Of a stretch of 64,000 nt of DNA, positions 50,322 to 59,639 are shown one piece after another. The translations under genes and the position numbers were made by a program. Below the pieces are notes generated by a model. That model searched no databases. It had not been told where the DNA came from and saw only the letters and a program-made list of their open reading frames with translations. Every line of letters begins with the position of its first letter. The stretch's first letter is position 1. Source of the DNA: an uncultured Chloroflexota bacterium (GTDB lineage: Bacteria > Chloroflexota > Anaerolineae > Anaerolineales > Anaerolineaceae); contig CACYHU010000058.1 of assembly GCA_902774215.1 (NCBI GenBank), positions 14,987-78,986 of the forward strand, in the 5' to 3' direction.

Positions 50322-50440
50322 GGAGCTGCCGCAAATTAGAATTTTGAAAAGCCATCGGGAGGGAGTGCTTCGCAGGGACGCGGAATAAACGTCAGCAGCC
50401 TGCGAAAGTGATCCCCGCGTCCCGGTTAATTCAGTCGGAG
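50322..50440. repeat. Dispersed element of about 115 nt, copy A (candidate structured ncRNA or small repeat). A second copy lies at 63587-63702.
   Basis: ggagctg...aatta.aa.tttgaaaagccatYgggagggagtgcttcgcagggacRcggaataaWcgtcagcWgcctgYgaaagtgatccccgcgtcccggttaattcagtcgg is shared by the two copies at about 90% identity. Internal complement GGGACGCGG...CCGCGTCCC. Confidence 0.6.
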
Positions 50441-50560
50441 GGCTCTTTTTCTGATTTACCCGTAAAAAAAGCAATGGGTACTTTTTGATGGTATTTCTGA
50501 AAAAAGCTGTCGTACATCTTTTATGGTGTACGACAGCTCCTGATTCATATATAACAGGTA

Positions 50561-51484
50561 TTATTCTTCGGCAACCTTGACGATGACCGGTTTCTTTGCT
50601 TTTCCGACGGCTGTCCAGGAAAGAGCGTTTTTCGGACAGACCTTTACACATTCTCCGCAGCGAATACATTCAGCGCTGTTGGGATTTTTCATCGGGTCAA
50701 CACCCATCTTGCACTGGCGGGAACAGGCGCCGCAGTTAACACAGGAGCTCTCATCAAAGCTCATGCGGAGAATGCTGACCTTCTGGAACAGGGCATAGAA
50801 GGCACCCAACGGGCAGACGTATTTACAGAAGGGACGGTAAATAAAAATCGAAGCTGCCACGCAAAGGATCAGCAGGATAAATTTCCAGCGGAAAAGTGCC
50901 CCGGCTGCCGCCCGCATACCGCTGTTCAAAAGGACCAGCGGAATCCCGCCTTCCAGTGTGCCGACCGGGCAGATATATTTACAGAACCACGGCATGCCGA
51001 CATTGACCTCATTGCGGTAAAAGAATGAGAGTCCGAAGACAAATACGAACAGCATTATATATTTCAGATACCGAAGAATTTTATCTGCTTTTTCCGGTAC
51101 TGTGATTTTGGGAGTCGGGATCTTATACAAAAGCTCCTGGATCAGGCCGAAGAGGCACAGCCAGCCGCAGATAAAACGTCCGACCAGCATTCCAATAGCA
51201 GCCAGGTAGCCGACGACATAAAATGCGAATTTCCGTTTTCGTGCGTCAAACAATGCCTGCATCGATCCGATGGGGCAGGCACCGACAGCACCGGGGCAGG
51301 AATAACAGTTCATGCCCGGGACGCAGAACTTCTTCAATGGGCCCTGATAAATTTGACCGGTGATAAATCCTGCCAAATGCGCGTTGTGCAGAAGTCCCCA
51401 GCCGCCCTGTACCGCTTTGCGGATGCGGGTATGCTTGATCAAATCCTGTTTAGCCAATGCCGATACACTCCATGCAGATGGCAA
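50561..51484 (-). CDS. Polytopic 4Fe-4S ferredoxin-type membrane protein (NapH/NosR-like)
   Basis: Cys clusters CYSCPGAVGACP, CPVGTLE and CVNCGACSRQCK...CIRCGECVKVCP, with several TM helices. The track start is a TTG. Confidence 0.7.
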   Translation of the reverse strand: MPSAWSVSALAKQDLIKHTRIRKAVQGGWGLLHNAHLAGFITGQIYQGPLKKFCVPGMNCYSCPGAVGACPIGSMQALFDARKRKFAFYVVGYLAAIGMLVGRFICGWLCLFGLIQELLYKIPTPKITVPEKADKILRYLKYIMLFVFVFGLSFFYRNEVNVGMPWFCKYICPVGTLEGGIPLVLLNSGMRAAAGALFRWKFILLILCVAASIFIYRPFCKYVCPLGAFYALFQKVSILRMSFDESSCVNCGACSRQCKMGVDPMKNPNSAECIRCGECVKVCPKNALSWTAVGKAKKPVIVKVAEE

Positions 51485-51599
51485 CAGCCTTCCGCATCAC
51501 ATCCTTCCACTCCCCGCGATATACGCCATACGCGCACATGGCGATCGCGAGCACCAGAAGTACATAGGTTACCCAGGCGGGTATTTCTTTCCGGTTCAT
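51450..51599 (-). CDS. Small CXXC-motif membrane protein (CD1871A-like) upstream of the NapH-like gene. It is absent from the ORF track because it is shorter than 60 aa.
   Basis: Manual translation MNRKEIPAWVTYVLLVLAIAMCAYGVYRGEWKDVMRKAVAICMECIGIG (49 aa). RBS GGAGGAG lies 4 nt upstream. One TM helix plus the C-terminal CMEC motif. Confidence 0.55.
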   Translation of the reverse strand: MNRKEIPAWVTYVLLVLAIAMCAYGVYRGEWKDVMRKAVAICMECIGIG

Positions 51600-51970
51600 G
51601 ATTACTCCTCCTTGTGTATTTATTTTCTAAATATTTCGCCATACGGTCCTGACAGGCAGAAATTATTGCGTCCATAAGTAGTATACCATTTTGTCTCAAA
51701 TTCAGATAAATAAAATATGCATATCGGTGAAAATTATTTTTCTTTTGAATAAATCAGTGCTTTCCTGCAGAATTGGTACAGTGTACAATATATTATGAAT
51801 CCTATCTGCTTATTTAATAAACTTGTGGTAGGATAAATGAAAAAGATGTCTTGAGTCAGTGAAATTTTTAAATTGTCGAAATTTGTATCATATTTTTGAA
51901 ATCGATATGGAAGGCTGCCGCTTTTCACTGATAGAAAAAGCTTGTGAATAAAATAAGGAGTAATGTAATA

Positions 51971-53125
51971 ATGATCGATCAACAGTTGGTTAAATGGGGA
52001 AAAAGCGGAAACATCATCCGCGAGATTGCGGAGTATTGTGATGAACAGGCAAAAATTGTAGGCGAGGACCATGTTTATAATTTCACTATCGGCTCTCCGA
52101 GCATTGATCCGCCGGCTCGCGTTTTTGAAGTAATGAATAAGCTGATGTCTTCCGTTCCTCCCGCCCGGCTTCACACTTATGCCCCCGCGATCGGTTTTCC
52201 CGAGGTTCGGGAAAAAGCCGCGGAATATCTGGAAAAAACATTCGGAATACCTTACCGCAAGCAGGATGTCATCATCACCTGCGGCACATCTACCTGTCTG
52301 GCTGCGCTGACAAAGGTCCTTCTTTCCGGCGGCGGCAGGGCTATGACCTTTACTCCGTACTTTATGGACTATAAATATTACGCTGAGGCTTATGGCAGCG
52401 GACTGACAGAATGTCCTACCACCCCGGACACCTTCCAGCTTGACCTCGAGGCTGCAGAGAAGGCACTGACAAGTGATACCATGATGATCATCATAAACTC
52501 GCCGAATAATCCCTCCGGCGTGGTGCTGAAACGGGAAGGACTTGAGGAATTGGCCAGGCTGTTATACAAGAAGCAGGCTGAGTACGGACATCCAATCTAC
52601 ATCGTTGCTGATGAGCCATACCGTGACCTGGTTTATGACGGGCAGGAAGTTGTATTTCTACCTTCCATTTATAAAAATACGATCTATTGTTATTCCTTTA
52701 GTAAATCCATTTCTCTCCCTGGTGAGCGCGTCGGCTTTATGGCTTTTACGCCGGAACTTGATGATTATTTCGATATATACTCAGCTGCCATAGCCGTCAT
52801 CCGTGCTTTCGGGTATATCTGTGTGTCAAGCATGTGGCAGCGGATCTGTATTGAATGTCTTGGTGAAACGAGTGACATTTCGATTTACAAAGGAAACAGA
52901 GACCTGCTGTATGGCTCGCTCACGGAGATGGGGTATCAGTGTGTTTATCCTGACGGAGCGTTCTATCTTTTCATGAAAACACCGGAACCTGACGCGATGG
53001 TTCCCGGGGATAGTTTCGGAACACCCGGATATGTCCGCATTGCCTATTGTGTCAGCAGAGAAGTGATCGAGCGTGCCCTTCCTGTTTTTCGCAAACTTGC
53101 GGAAGAATACAGGATCGCCCGGTAA
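51971..53125 (+). CDS. Class I/II PLP-dependent aminotransferase (aspartate/aromatic aminotransferase-like)
   Basis: 385 aa. Lys in the SFSKSISLPGERVG context (the PLP site). RBS AAGGAG precedes the ATG at 51971. Confidence 0.7.
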   Translation: MIDQQLVKWGKSGNIIREIAEYCDEQAKIVGEDHVYNFTIGSPSIDPPARVFEVMNKLMSSVPPARLHTYAPAIGFPEVREKAAEYLEKTFGIPYRKQDVIITCGTSTCLAALTKVLLSGGGRAMTFTPYFMDYKYYAEAYGSGLTECPTTPDTFQLDLEAAEKALTSDTMMIIINSPNNPSGVVLKREGLEELARLLYKKQAEYGHPIYIVADEPYRDLVYDGQEVVFLPSIYKNTIYCYSFSKSISLPGERVGFMAFTPELDDYFDIYSAAIAVIRAFGYICVSSMWQRICIECLGETSDISIYKGNRDLLYGSLTEMGYQCVYPDGAFYLFMKTPEPDAMVPGDSFGTPGYVRIAYCVSREVIERALPVFRKLAEEYRIAR

Positions 53126-53178
53126 AATGCCGGTCAAAAGACTGATTTAAAAGTATTCAAAAAGCATTGGAAAGACTT

Positions 53179-53589
53179 ATGATCCGTCCGATTGTCCATG
53201 ATCCGTTTTTTCTTGTACAAAAATCCGAACCGGCAGAGGCGTCCGATAAAGCTGTCATAACTGATTTGCTTGATACACTTCGTGCGAATCTGGACGGATG
53301 TGTCGGTATGGCAGCGAATATGATCGGGATAAAGAAACGGATCATCGTCTTTTGCAGGGGCTCAAAACAATATGTGATGGTCAACCCTCAAATCACCTCA
53401 GGTTTTGAGCCATATGAGACAGAAGAAGGTTGTTTATCTCTTACCGGGGTAAGAAAAACAAAACGTTACCGCAAAATAACAGTGAAATATCTGGATCAGG
53501 ATTTCCGAAGCAAAACAGGTACCTATGACGGATATACCGCGCAGATCATCCAGCATGAAATCGATCACTGTGATGGAATTTTGATTTAA
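53179..53589 (+). CDS. def: Peptide deformylase
   Basis: Motifs GVGMAANMIG, EGCLS and QHEIDHCDG. Confidence 0.85.
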   Translation: MIRPIVHDPFFLVQKSEPAEASDKAVITDLLDTLRANLDGCVGMAANMIGIKKRIIVFCRGSKQYVMVNPQITSGFEPYETEEGCLSLTGVRKTKRYRKITVKYLDQDFRSKTGTYDGYTAQIIQHEIDHCDGILI

Positions 53590-53735
53590 GCAGCGGGACT
53601 ATAAATAAGAATATTTCAGGACAGACAAAAGGTTTATACAGGTACTGTCCGCAGTCATATGTCTATCCATCAGGCAAACTTGTTGAAAAACTGTATTTGT
53701 GTTATATTCTCTGTATGTTGAAAGGAAAGACCGAA

Positions 53736-54659
53736 ATGAAGAAAATTTCTTTTATGCTGATTACCATTTTTACAGTCCTTTTTTCAGTGAATCCGATTTT
53801 CGCTCAGAAGACTGTTACGCTTGAAATGATCAAATATGTCGATGATCTTGATCGTGAAGTCAGTATACCGGAAACGGTGACCTCTGTTGTTACCCTCGCA
53901 CCGTCTTTGACCGAGACAATTTATTTCCTCGGCGGAGAAAACCTGATAAAAGGTACCGATATCAATTCTGATTATCCTGAAACCATTTCGAAGGTAAAAA
54001 GGGTAATCGGTTGGGATATGACACCGGATTATGAAATGCTTCTGGCACTTGCCCCGGATGTTATTTTTGCTTCGGAAATGACGAGCTTTGCCGAAATCAG
54101 CAACATGGAAAAGCTTGGCCTGACGGTTTATTGTGTAAAAAATCCCGCGGATTTTGACGAACTTTTTGAATCTATCCTGACGATCGGCAATGTGATTGGC
54201 AAGACAGATGAAGCTGTTGAATTGGTGGAATCGTTGAATGAACGCGTTGAAGCTGTAACAGATGCGATGAAAAAATGTGATGATAAAAATCTTGTTTTTT
54301 ATGAATTGGATGCAACTGATCCCACTAAACCCTGGACAGCGGGAAAGAATACCTTTATTTCCGGTATTATCGCTTTATCCTGCGGGGAAAATCTTGGCGA
54401 CGAGCTGGAAGGGGAATGGGCGCAAATCGGGTTGGAAGCGCTGATTAAAGCTGATCCGGATATTATTTTGCTTGGCGACGCTGCTCACGGCAATTCGCCG
54501 GAAGCAGTGGCGGCAAGGACAGGGTGGAATGAGCTTTCTGCCGTAAAAAACGGAAAACTTTTTGAATTCGATGACAATCTTGTTTCCCGTCCCGGACCGC
54601 GTCTGGTGAAAGGGCTTGAAGTGATCGCCGGGCTTCTTCATCCGGAATGTTTTAAGTAA
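53736..54659 (+). CDS. ABC-transporter periplasmic binding protein, cobalamin/iron-siderophore class (BtuF-like)
   Basis: Signal peptide MKKISFMLITIFTVLFSVNPIFAQ. Class III SBP fold signatures. It neighbours the FecCD permease, the ABC ATPase and cobT. Confidence 0.7.
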   Translation: MKKISFMLITIFTVLFSVNPIFAQKTVTLEMIKYVDDLDREVSIPETVTSVVTLAPSLTETIYFLGGENLIKGTDINSDYPETISKVKRVIGWDMTPDYEMLLALAPDVIFASEMTSFAEISNMEKLGLTVYCVKNPADFDELFESILTIGNVIGKTDEAVELVESLNERVEAVTDAMKKCDDKNLVFYELDATDPTKPWTAGKNTFISGIIALSCGENLGDELEGEWAQIGLEALIKADPDIILLGDAAHGNSPEAVAARTGWNELSAVKNGKLFEFDDNLVSRPGPRLVKGLEVIAGLLHPECFK

Positions 54660-54687
54660 CTTAAGAAAACGATGATCAATAGCCCTT

Positions 54688-54790
54688 CTCATAGAAAATG
54701 AGTCGAAGCAACCTGTTCTGTTGACTCATTTTGAGTCAACGAAAACAGGTCACCTTCGACTCAGATCGAATAAATCAGCGTTTTCCTAAA
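54688..54790. repeat. Long-hairpin dispersed element, copy 1 (GAGTCGAAG...CTTCGACTC outer stem around an inner TGACTCA/TGAGTCA palindrome), 29 nt after the btuF-like stop
   Basis: Nested inverted repeats of about 65 nt. A second copy lies at 58938-59040 with compensatory changes (gTtg/caAc in copy 1, gCtg/caGc in copy 2). Confidence 0.65.
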
Positions 54791-55203
54791 CCTGACGTTG
54801 TTCTTTCGGTGAATAAGCCAAAAAACTGATCAAACAGGAAATTGCCCGCCGGCGTTTAAGCTGCTGCGCAGCAGGTGCGGAGCGGGCGTCAGCCGGGGAC
54901 AGAAAAAACTTCCCGCGCCTGAGTTCTCAGTCGGGGGCGCGGGCTGACCTTCGGTCACCCGCTGCCCCCGACGCCCCCATTTTCGACAGATGTTCTTCCG
55001 GGTGATCTTATTCAGAACAAAGCTAATAACTGTGGAACTCCCGCTCCGAGTTTTAACCGGGCGCAGCTCATACATTACAATCCAGACTGATACTGATACC
55101 GCATAGTTGTCGAAGCACAATATCTGCCGGTAATTTTTGAATTATAAATATTCTTATATTTTCCGATTATTTTATCGGGGCTGCATATGTCAAGTATAAA
55201 TTA

Positions 55204-55983
55204 CTAACTGATGCCGGTGCGCGGAATGATGATCAGGCCTTCATCCGGATCATGTAAAACACGTACCGGTATATCATATACTTCGGAAAGCAGATCCTCC
55301 CGAAGCACTTCTGACGGTGTTCCGACGGCCCGGATCTCTCCATTATGCAGGATGGCTATGCGGTCCGCAAAACGGGCGGCAAGGTTCAGGTCATGAATAA
55401 TGAAAATTGCAGCGATACCTTCTTTTCTGCAGATCCCGCGCTCCAGTTGGAGAAGCGCGACCTGATAATGGATATCAAGTGAGCTGGTCGGCTCATCAAG
55501 GATCATGATCGGGGCATTTTGAACCAGTGCCCGCGCGAGGATTACGCGCTGTTGTTCTCCGCCGGAAAGGGTGGAGATTTCTTTCTCTGTCAGGGCAGAC
55601 AATCCGGTCAGCGCGACCGCATGGTCGATGATTTTCCTGTCTGTTTCACTCAGTTTTCCATACCAGTTGAGATACGCGGTACGGCCGTGAGAGATCGTTT
55701 CATAGACAGTGTAACCCGCGGGCAGGGAAATTGCCTGCGGTACGACAGAAATCATCTGAGCCCGTTCCCGTGTGCTCAGTGATGCCAGATCTTTATCATT
55801 GCAGGTGATTTTGCCGGAACGAAGCGGCAGAAGCCCGGTCAATCCGCGCAGCAGCGTTGTTTTTCCCGCCCCGTTTTTCCCGATCAGCGCCAGCATTTCA
55901 GCCTTGTTGATCTCGATGGATATGTTATGGAGCGTATCCGGATGGCCGTCATAGCCCAATGAAACATTTGTGAGCTTCAGCAT
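55204..55983 (-). CDS. ABC transporter ATP-binding protein (FecE/BtuD-like)
   Basis: Walker A GKNGAGKTTLL, signature LSGGEQQRV, Walker B ILDEPTS. Confidence 0.8.
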   Translation of the reverse strand: MLKLTNVSLGYDGHPDTLHNISIEINKAEMLALIGKNGAGKTTLLRGLTGLLPLRSGKITCNDKDLASLSTRERAQMISVVPQAISLPAGYTVYETISHGRTAYLNWYGKLSETDRKIIDHAVALTGLSALTEKEISTLSGGEQQRVILARALVQNAPIMILDEPTSSLDIHYQVALLQLERGICRKEGIAAIFIIHDLNLAARFADRIAILHNGEIRAVGTPSEVLREDLLSEVYDIPVRVLHDPDEGLIIIPRTGIS

Positions 55984-55984
55984 G

Positions 55985-57013
55985 TTACACCTTCGCCTGA
56001 TTTGTCCTGTTCAGGATCCACAGGAAAAACGGGGCACCGGTCATCGCGGTGATGATGCCGACAGGGATCTCCTGCGGCGCAAGGATCACACGGGCAAGAA
56101 TATCGGAAATTGTGAGCATCACAGCGCCGCCCAGCAGGGAAAGCGGAAGCATCCTGCGGTAATCACTACCAACAGCGATGCGGATCAGGTGGGGAACAAT
56201 GAGCCCGACAAATCCGATCACACCGGTACAGGCGATGGCTGCGGCAGTTGTCAGCGTCGCATAGATGATCAGTCGGATACGGACTTTGTTTACAGGTATT
56301 CCCAACTGGAGCGCCTGGTCTTCTCCGTATTGCAGGATGTTCAATGGATAGGCATATCTGATTTGTCCGGCAACGCCGATAAGGATCATCGGCGCTGTGA
56401 CAAAGATGCGGTCCCATCCGGCAATTCCCCCGCCTCCGAGCATCCAGCTGAATGAACGTTTAAGTTCCAAACCGCTGACGAGGATCCAGACCGAGCTTAA
56501 TGCCGATGTGAAGGCATTGACAGCTACACCTGCCAGCAGAAGCCCTGTAATATTTAAGTAGCCGCCCATTCGCCCGAGATTGAAAACCAGAAAAACAGCT
56601 GCTAAGGCAAAGATAAAAGCAAAAAGCGGTACCGCAAACGCGGAAAATCTGCTGTACTTCCAGAAAAAAGACAATGCGATAACAGCTCCGAGCCCGGCAC
56701 CGGAAGAAACACCAATCAGATAGGGATCCGCCAGCGGATTGCGGAACAGCCCCTGATAACTTGCTCCGCTGATCGCCAGCGCTGCCCCTGTCAGCATCAT
56801 CATAACTGTGCGCGGGATCCGCAGCATGAACAGGATGGTGCCGATACTTTTCATGTTTGGCGGGATTTCAATTCCGGACAGCCGGAATCTGATAATTGCT
56901 GTCAGGTCCTGAATGGAAATGGGGACACTTCCCAGCAGCATTCCGAGCAATCCGGATGTTGCCAGCGCTGAGAGTAGAATAATGATAATGTCCTTATTTT
57001 TTTTCATTTTCAT
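55985..57013 (-). CDS. FecCD-family ABC permease (BtuC-like)
   Basis: About 9 TM helices and a typical FecCD pattern. It lies 2 nt upstream of the ATPase gene. Confidence 0.8.
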   Translation of the reverse strand: MKMKKNKDIIIILLSALATSGLLGMLLGSVPISIQDLTAIIRFRLSGIEIPPNMKSIGTILFMLRIPRTVMMMLTGAALAISGASYQGLFRNPLADPYLIGVSSGAGLGAVIALSFFWKYSRFSAFAVPLFAFIFALAAVFLVFNLGRMGGYLNITGLLLAGVAVNAFTSALSSVWILVSGLELKRSFSWMLGGGGIAGWDRIFVTAPMILIGVAGQIRYAYPLNILQYGEDQALQLGIPVNKVRIRLIIYATLTTAAAIACTGVIGFVGLIVPHLIRIAVGSDYRRMLPLSLLGGAVMLTISDILARVILAPQEIPVGIITAMTGAPFFLWILNRTNQAKV

Positions 57014-57101
57014 TCTGATCCCTGATAAAATTGGAACCGGTCAAAATTATACTGCAATAATTTTGACTCTGTTGTTTTATTATTCTAATACAAGAGGATA
57101 A

Positions 57102-58142
57102 GTGATGAGATTTCCAGTAATACCGCCAATCAATGAAGATAAACGAAAAGAAGCAGCAGATCGTCAGAATCTTCTGACAAAACCGACAGGAAGCATGGGT
57201 CGGCTTGAGGATCTGTCTATCGATATAGCCGGGATGACCGGAATTGTTGCGCCGGAGCTGAAAAAACGGTCGGTGTTCCTGATGGCTGCCGATCATGGCA
57301 TAACCAGGGAGGGTGTCAGTCCGTATCCGGCAGAAGTCACTCCGCAGATGGTGATGAATTTTCTGAATCATGGCGCGGCTGTCAATGTTCTGACCAGACA
57401 GTCTCACAGCGATGTGGTGATTGTGGATATCGGTGTGAATTATAAATTCCCTGATTTACCCGGCCTGTTATCCAGAAAAGTTGCAATGGGAACTGAAAAC
57501 ATGCTTGAAGGTCCTGCAATGTCACATGAACAGGCGGAAAAGGCTTTGCAGACAGGAATGGATGTGCTGAATGAAGCAGCTGACCGTGGTCTGGAGCTGG
57601 CCGCAACCGGTGAAATGGGTATCGGCAATACGACTTCCGCTGCCGCGATAACGGCTGTTTTATGTGGAAGGGCTCCTGTAGAGGTTACCGGACGGGGAAC
57701 CGGTTTGGATGATGCAGGCCTTGTCCGGAAGATTGCCATAATTGAGGAGATTTTGAAAGAAAGGAAACCCGATCCTGACGACCCGATGGATATTCTCTGC
57801 AAAATCGGCGGCTTTGAAATCGCCGGTATGGCAGGTGTGACGATTGCGGCGGCCTCACGCAAGATCCCGCTGGTGATGGATGGATTGATCTCAACCGCGG
57901 CGGCAGCACTGGCTGCTGCGTTCGTTCCGGAAGTTAGAAATTATCTGATCGCAGGACATCGATCACCTGAGAACGGTCATCGTTTTCTTCTGGAAAAGCT
58001 TGGAAAATATCCGCTGCTGCAGTTAGATATGCGTGTAGGCGAAGGAACAGGGGCTGCGCTGGCTTTTAATCTGGTGGACGCAGCCAATAACATCCTGAGA
58101 GAGATGGCGACTTTTGACTCGGCCGGTATTTCAAACCGGTAG
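57102..58142 (+). CDS. cobT: Nicotinate-nucleotide--dimethylbenzimidazole phosphoribosyltransferase
   Basis: 346 aa. GEMGIGNTT motif and overall CobT pattern. Transcribed divergently from the btuCD-like operon. Confidence 0.8.
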   Translation: MMRFPVIPPINEDKRKEAADRQNLLTKPTGSMGRLEDLSIDIAGMTGIVAPELKKRSVFLMAADHGITREGVSPYPAEVTPQMVMNFLNHGAAVNVLTRQSHSDVVIVDIGVNYKFPDLPGLLSRKVAMGTENMLEGPAMSHEQAEKALQTGMDVLNEAADRGLELAATGEMGIGNTTSAAAITAVLCGRAPVEVTGRGTGLDDAGLVRKIAIIEEILKERKPDPDDPMDILCKIGGFEIAGMAGVTIAAASRKIPLVMDGLISTAAAALAAAFVPEVRNYLIAGHRSPENGHRFLLEKLGKYPLLQLDMRVGEGTGAALAFNLVDAANNILREMATFDSAGISNR

Positions 58143-58273
58143 GATATCCGCAGTTTGAATGAAAAACTGTAAGAAATAACTGATTTTGTGTGATGAAAGT
58201 CATAAATTCTATGCTAAAATAAGTGAAATTGATTTGAAGTCCGAATCCAAATATTTCTGAACAGAGGTGAATC

Positions 58274-58849
58274 GTGAAACTGCTGCAGGATCGTATCAGC
58301 CGGGATGGAAAGGTTTTACCGGGGAATATCATCAAGGTTGATGGTTTTTTGAACCATCGGGTGGATGTCAGTCTGCTGAAAGAATTAGCAGATGAATTTT
58401 ATACCGTGTTTGAAAAGGATAAACCGACTCTTATTATGACAGTCGAAGCATCCGGCATCGCTTTGGCAACCGTAACCGCAGAACGGTTTGGTTTGCCGAT
58501 GCTTTTTGCAAAGAAAGCAAAATCAGACAATATTGAAGGCGGCCTTTATAAGAGCGAAATTTTTTCTTTCACTTACAAGAAAACGGTCAATCTTATTGTG
58601 TCCGCCGAGTGGCTTGGCCCGAATGAGCGTGTCCTTGTGATCGATGATTTCCTTGCCAATGGTGAAGCGCTGCGCGGTGTGATCGATATTGTGCATCAGG
58701 CAGGTGCTGAACTGGTCGGTGTCGGTATCGCGGTTGAAAAAGGTTTCCAGCCCGGCGGTCAAAGATTGCGTGATGCCGGTTACAAGCTGCATTCGCTGGC
58801 AATAATTGAGCAGGCGGATGATAACGGGATCGTATTCCGTGAAGAATAG
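58274..58849 (+). CDS. xpt: Xanthine phosphoribosyltransferase
   Basis: GTG start after AGAGGTGA. MKLLQDRISRDGKVLPGNIIKVDGFLNHRVD. PRPP-binding motif VLVIDDFLANGEA. Confidence 0.85.
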   Translation: MKLLQDRISRDGKVLPGNIIKVDGFLNHRVDVSLLKELADEFYTVFEKDKPTLIMTVEASGIALATVTAERFGLPMLFAKKAKSDNIEGGLYKSEIFSFTYKKTVNLIVSAEWLGPNERVLVIDDFLANGEALRGVIDIVHQAGAELVGVGIAVEKGFQPGGQRLRDAGYKLHSLAIIEQADDNGIVFREE

Positions 58850-58865
58850 TTTTTGAAAATGTATA

Positions 58866-58907
58866 AAAAGCCCGCGGGAGGATTTGCGAACCGCGGGCTT
58901 TCTTTGA
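58866..58907 (+). terminator. Rho-independent terminator after xpt
   Basis: AGCCCGCGG-gaggatttgcgaa-CCGCGGGCT followed by TTCTTTG. Confidence 0.6.
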
Positions 58908-58937
58908 TTTAAGGTAATATTCGGTTATTGGCTGTTT

Positions 58938-59040
58938 CACAGAGAATGAGTCGAAGCTGCCTGTTCTGCTGACTCAGTTTGAGTCAGCGAAAACAGGTCA
59001 CTTTGACTCAAGCTGAATAAATCAGCGCTTTCTTATAATT
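58938..59040. repeat. Long-hairpin dispersed element, copy 2
   Basis: See copy 1. About 85% identical, with stem-preserving substitutions. Confidence 0.65.
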
Positions 59041-59126
59041 CAGAGTGTTTTGTTAATAATTCATAAAATTGTCAAACAAATACGCTGAACGTTTTAAAAT
59101 CGGATATAATTCTAATTTGAGGTAAC

Positions 59127-59591
59127 ATGGAAGAAGCAAAAACAACGAACGCATCTGAAAAGATGGCCAATTCTTCTGAAAAGGTTTCAGCTGAAGTGAA
59201 AACCGAAGAGAACTCTTCCGGCGGTTCCAAAATTCCGTTGATCATTGCAGCTGTTTTGATCGTTCTGGCAGGTTTGACGGCTCTGTTCATCTGGCTCGGG
59301 CCTGAAACTACCGGAATGATCCGTGATATTATGCTGATTGTTTTTGCTTTGGAAAGTGTTGTTACCGTTGCTGCGGTAACTGTTCTTTGTATCAATACCG
59401 CGAAGCTGGTCAATTTTGTCAAATATGAGGTCGAACCGATTTTGAATACTACAGGCAAAACCGTGAAGAAATTTTCAGGAACGGTTTCATTCCTGTGTGA
59501 AAATGCCGTTGAGCCCACTGTGGAAACTGTGTCCACAATTTCCGGTGTGATGAACGCGGCGAATTCGGTTTTATCGATATTTAAAAAATAG
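59127..59591 (+). CDS. DUF948-family (YtxG-like) membrane protein
   Basis: Acidic N-terminal tail, one TM helix (IPLIIAAVLIVLAGLTALFIWL), then a helical domain. It is followed by a YtxH-like gene. Confidence 0.55.
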   Translation: MEEAKTTNASEKMANSSEKVSAEVKTEENSSGGSKIPLIIAAVLIVLAGLTALFIWLGPETTGMIRDIMLIVFALESVVTVAAVTVLCINTAKLVNFVKYEVEPILNTTGKTVKKFSGTVSFLCENAVEPTVETVSTISGVMNAANSVLSIFKK

Positions 59592-59639
59592 AGTTTTGAA
59601 TCCGGCTGTTGAACCGGATAGTATCAAAGGAGAGAAGAA

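Noticed and set aside
50316-50669. 117-aa minus-strand ORF, together with 63475..63885, sharing the peptide ...SPTELTGTRGSLSQAAD.YS.SLRSTPS.WLFK
   Set aside because: The shared peptide is a translation artefact of the dispersed 115-nt nucleotide element present at both sites, not evidence of a protein family.
54830-55130. GC-rich palindromic region between convergent btuF-like and btuD-like genes, with faint resemblance to cobalamin-riboswitch blocks (minus-strand CCCGGTTAAAACTCGG / AGCGGGAGTTCCACAGT)
   Set aside because: The B12-box and GCCACTG core are not actually present. In that orientation the element has no downstream gene to regulate. It is most likely 3' structure or terminators of the convergent operons.
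58143-58273. Looked for a purine riboswitch upstream of xpt, and for a cobalamin riboswitch upstream of the btuF-like gene and of cobT
   Set aside because: None of the hallmark conserved blocks (purine: UAUA..UGG..CCGUAAAU; cobalamin: GCCACUG B12 box) are present in these leaders.
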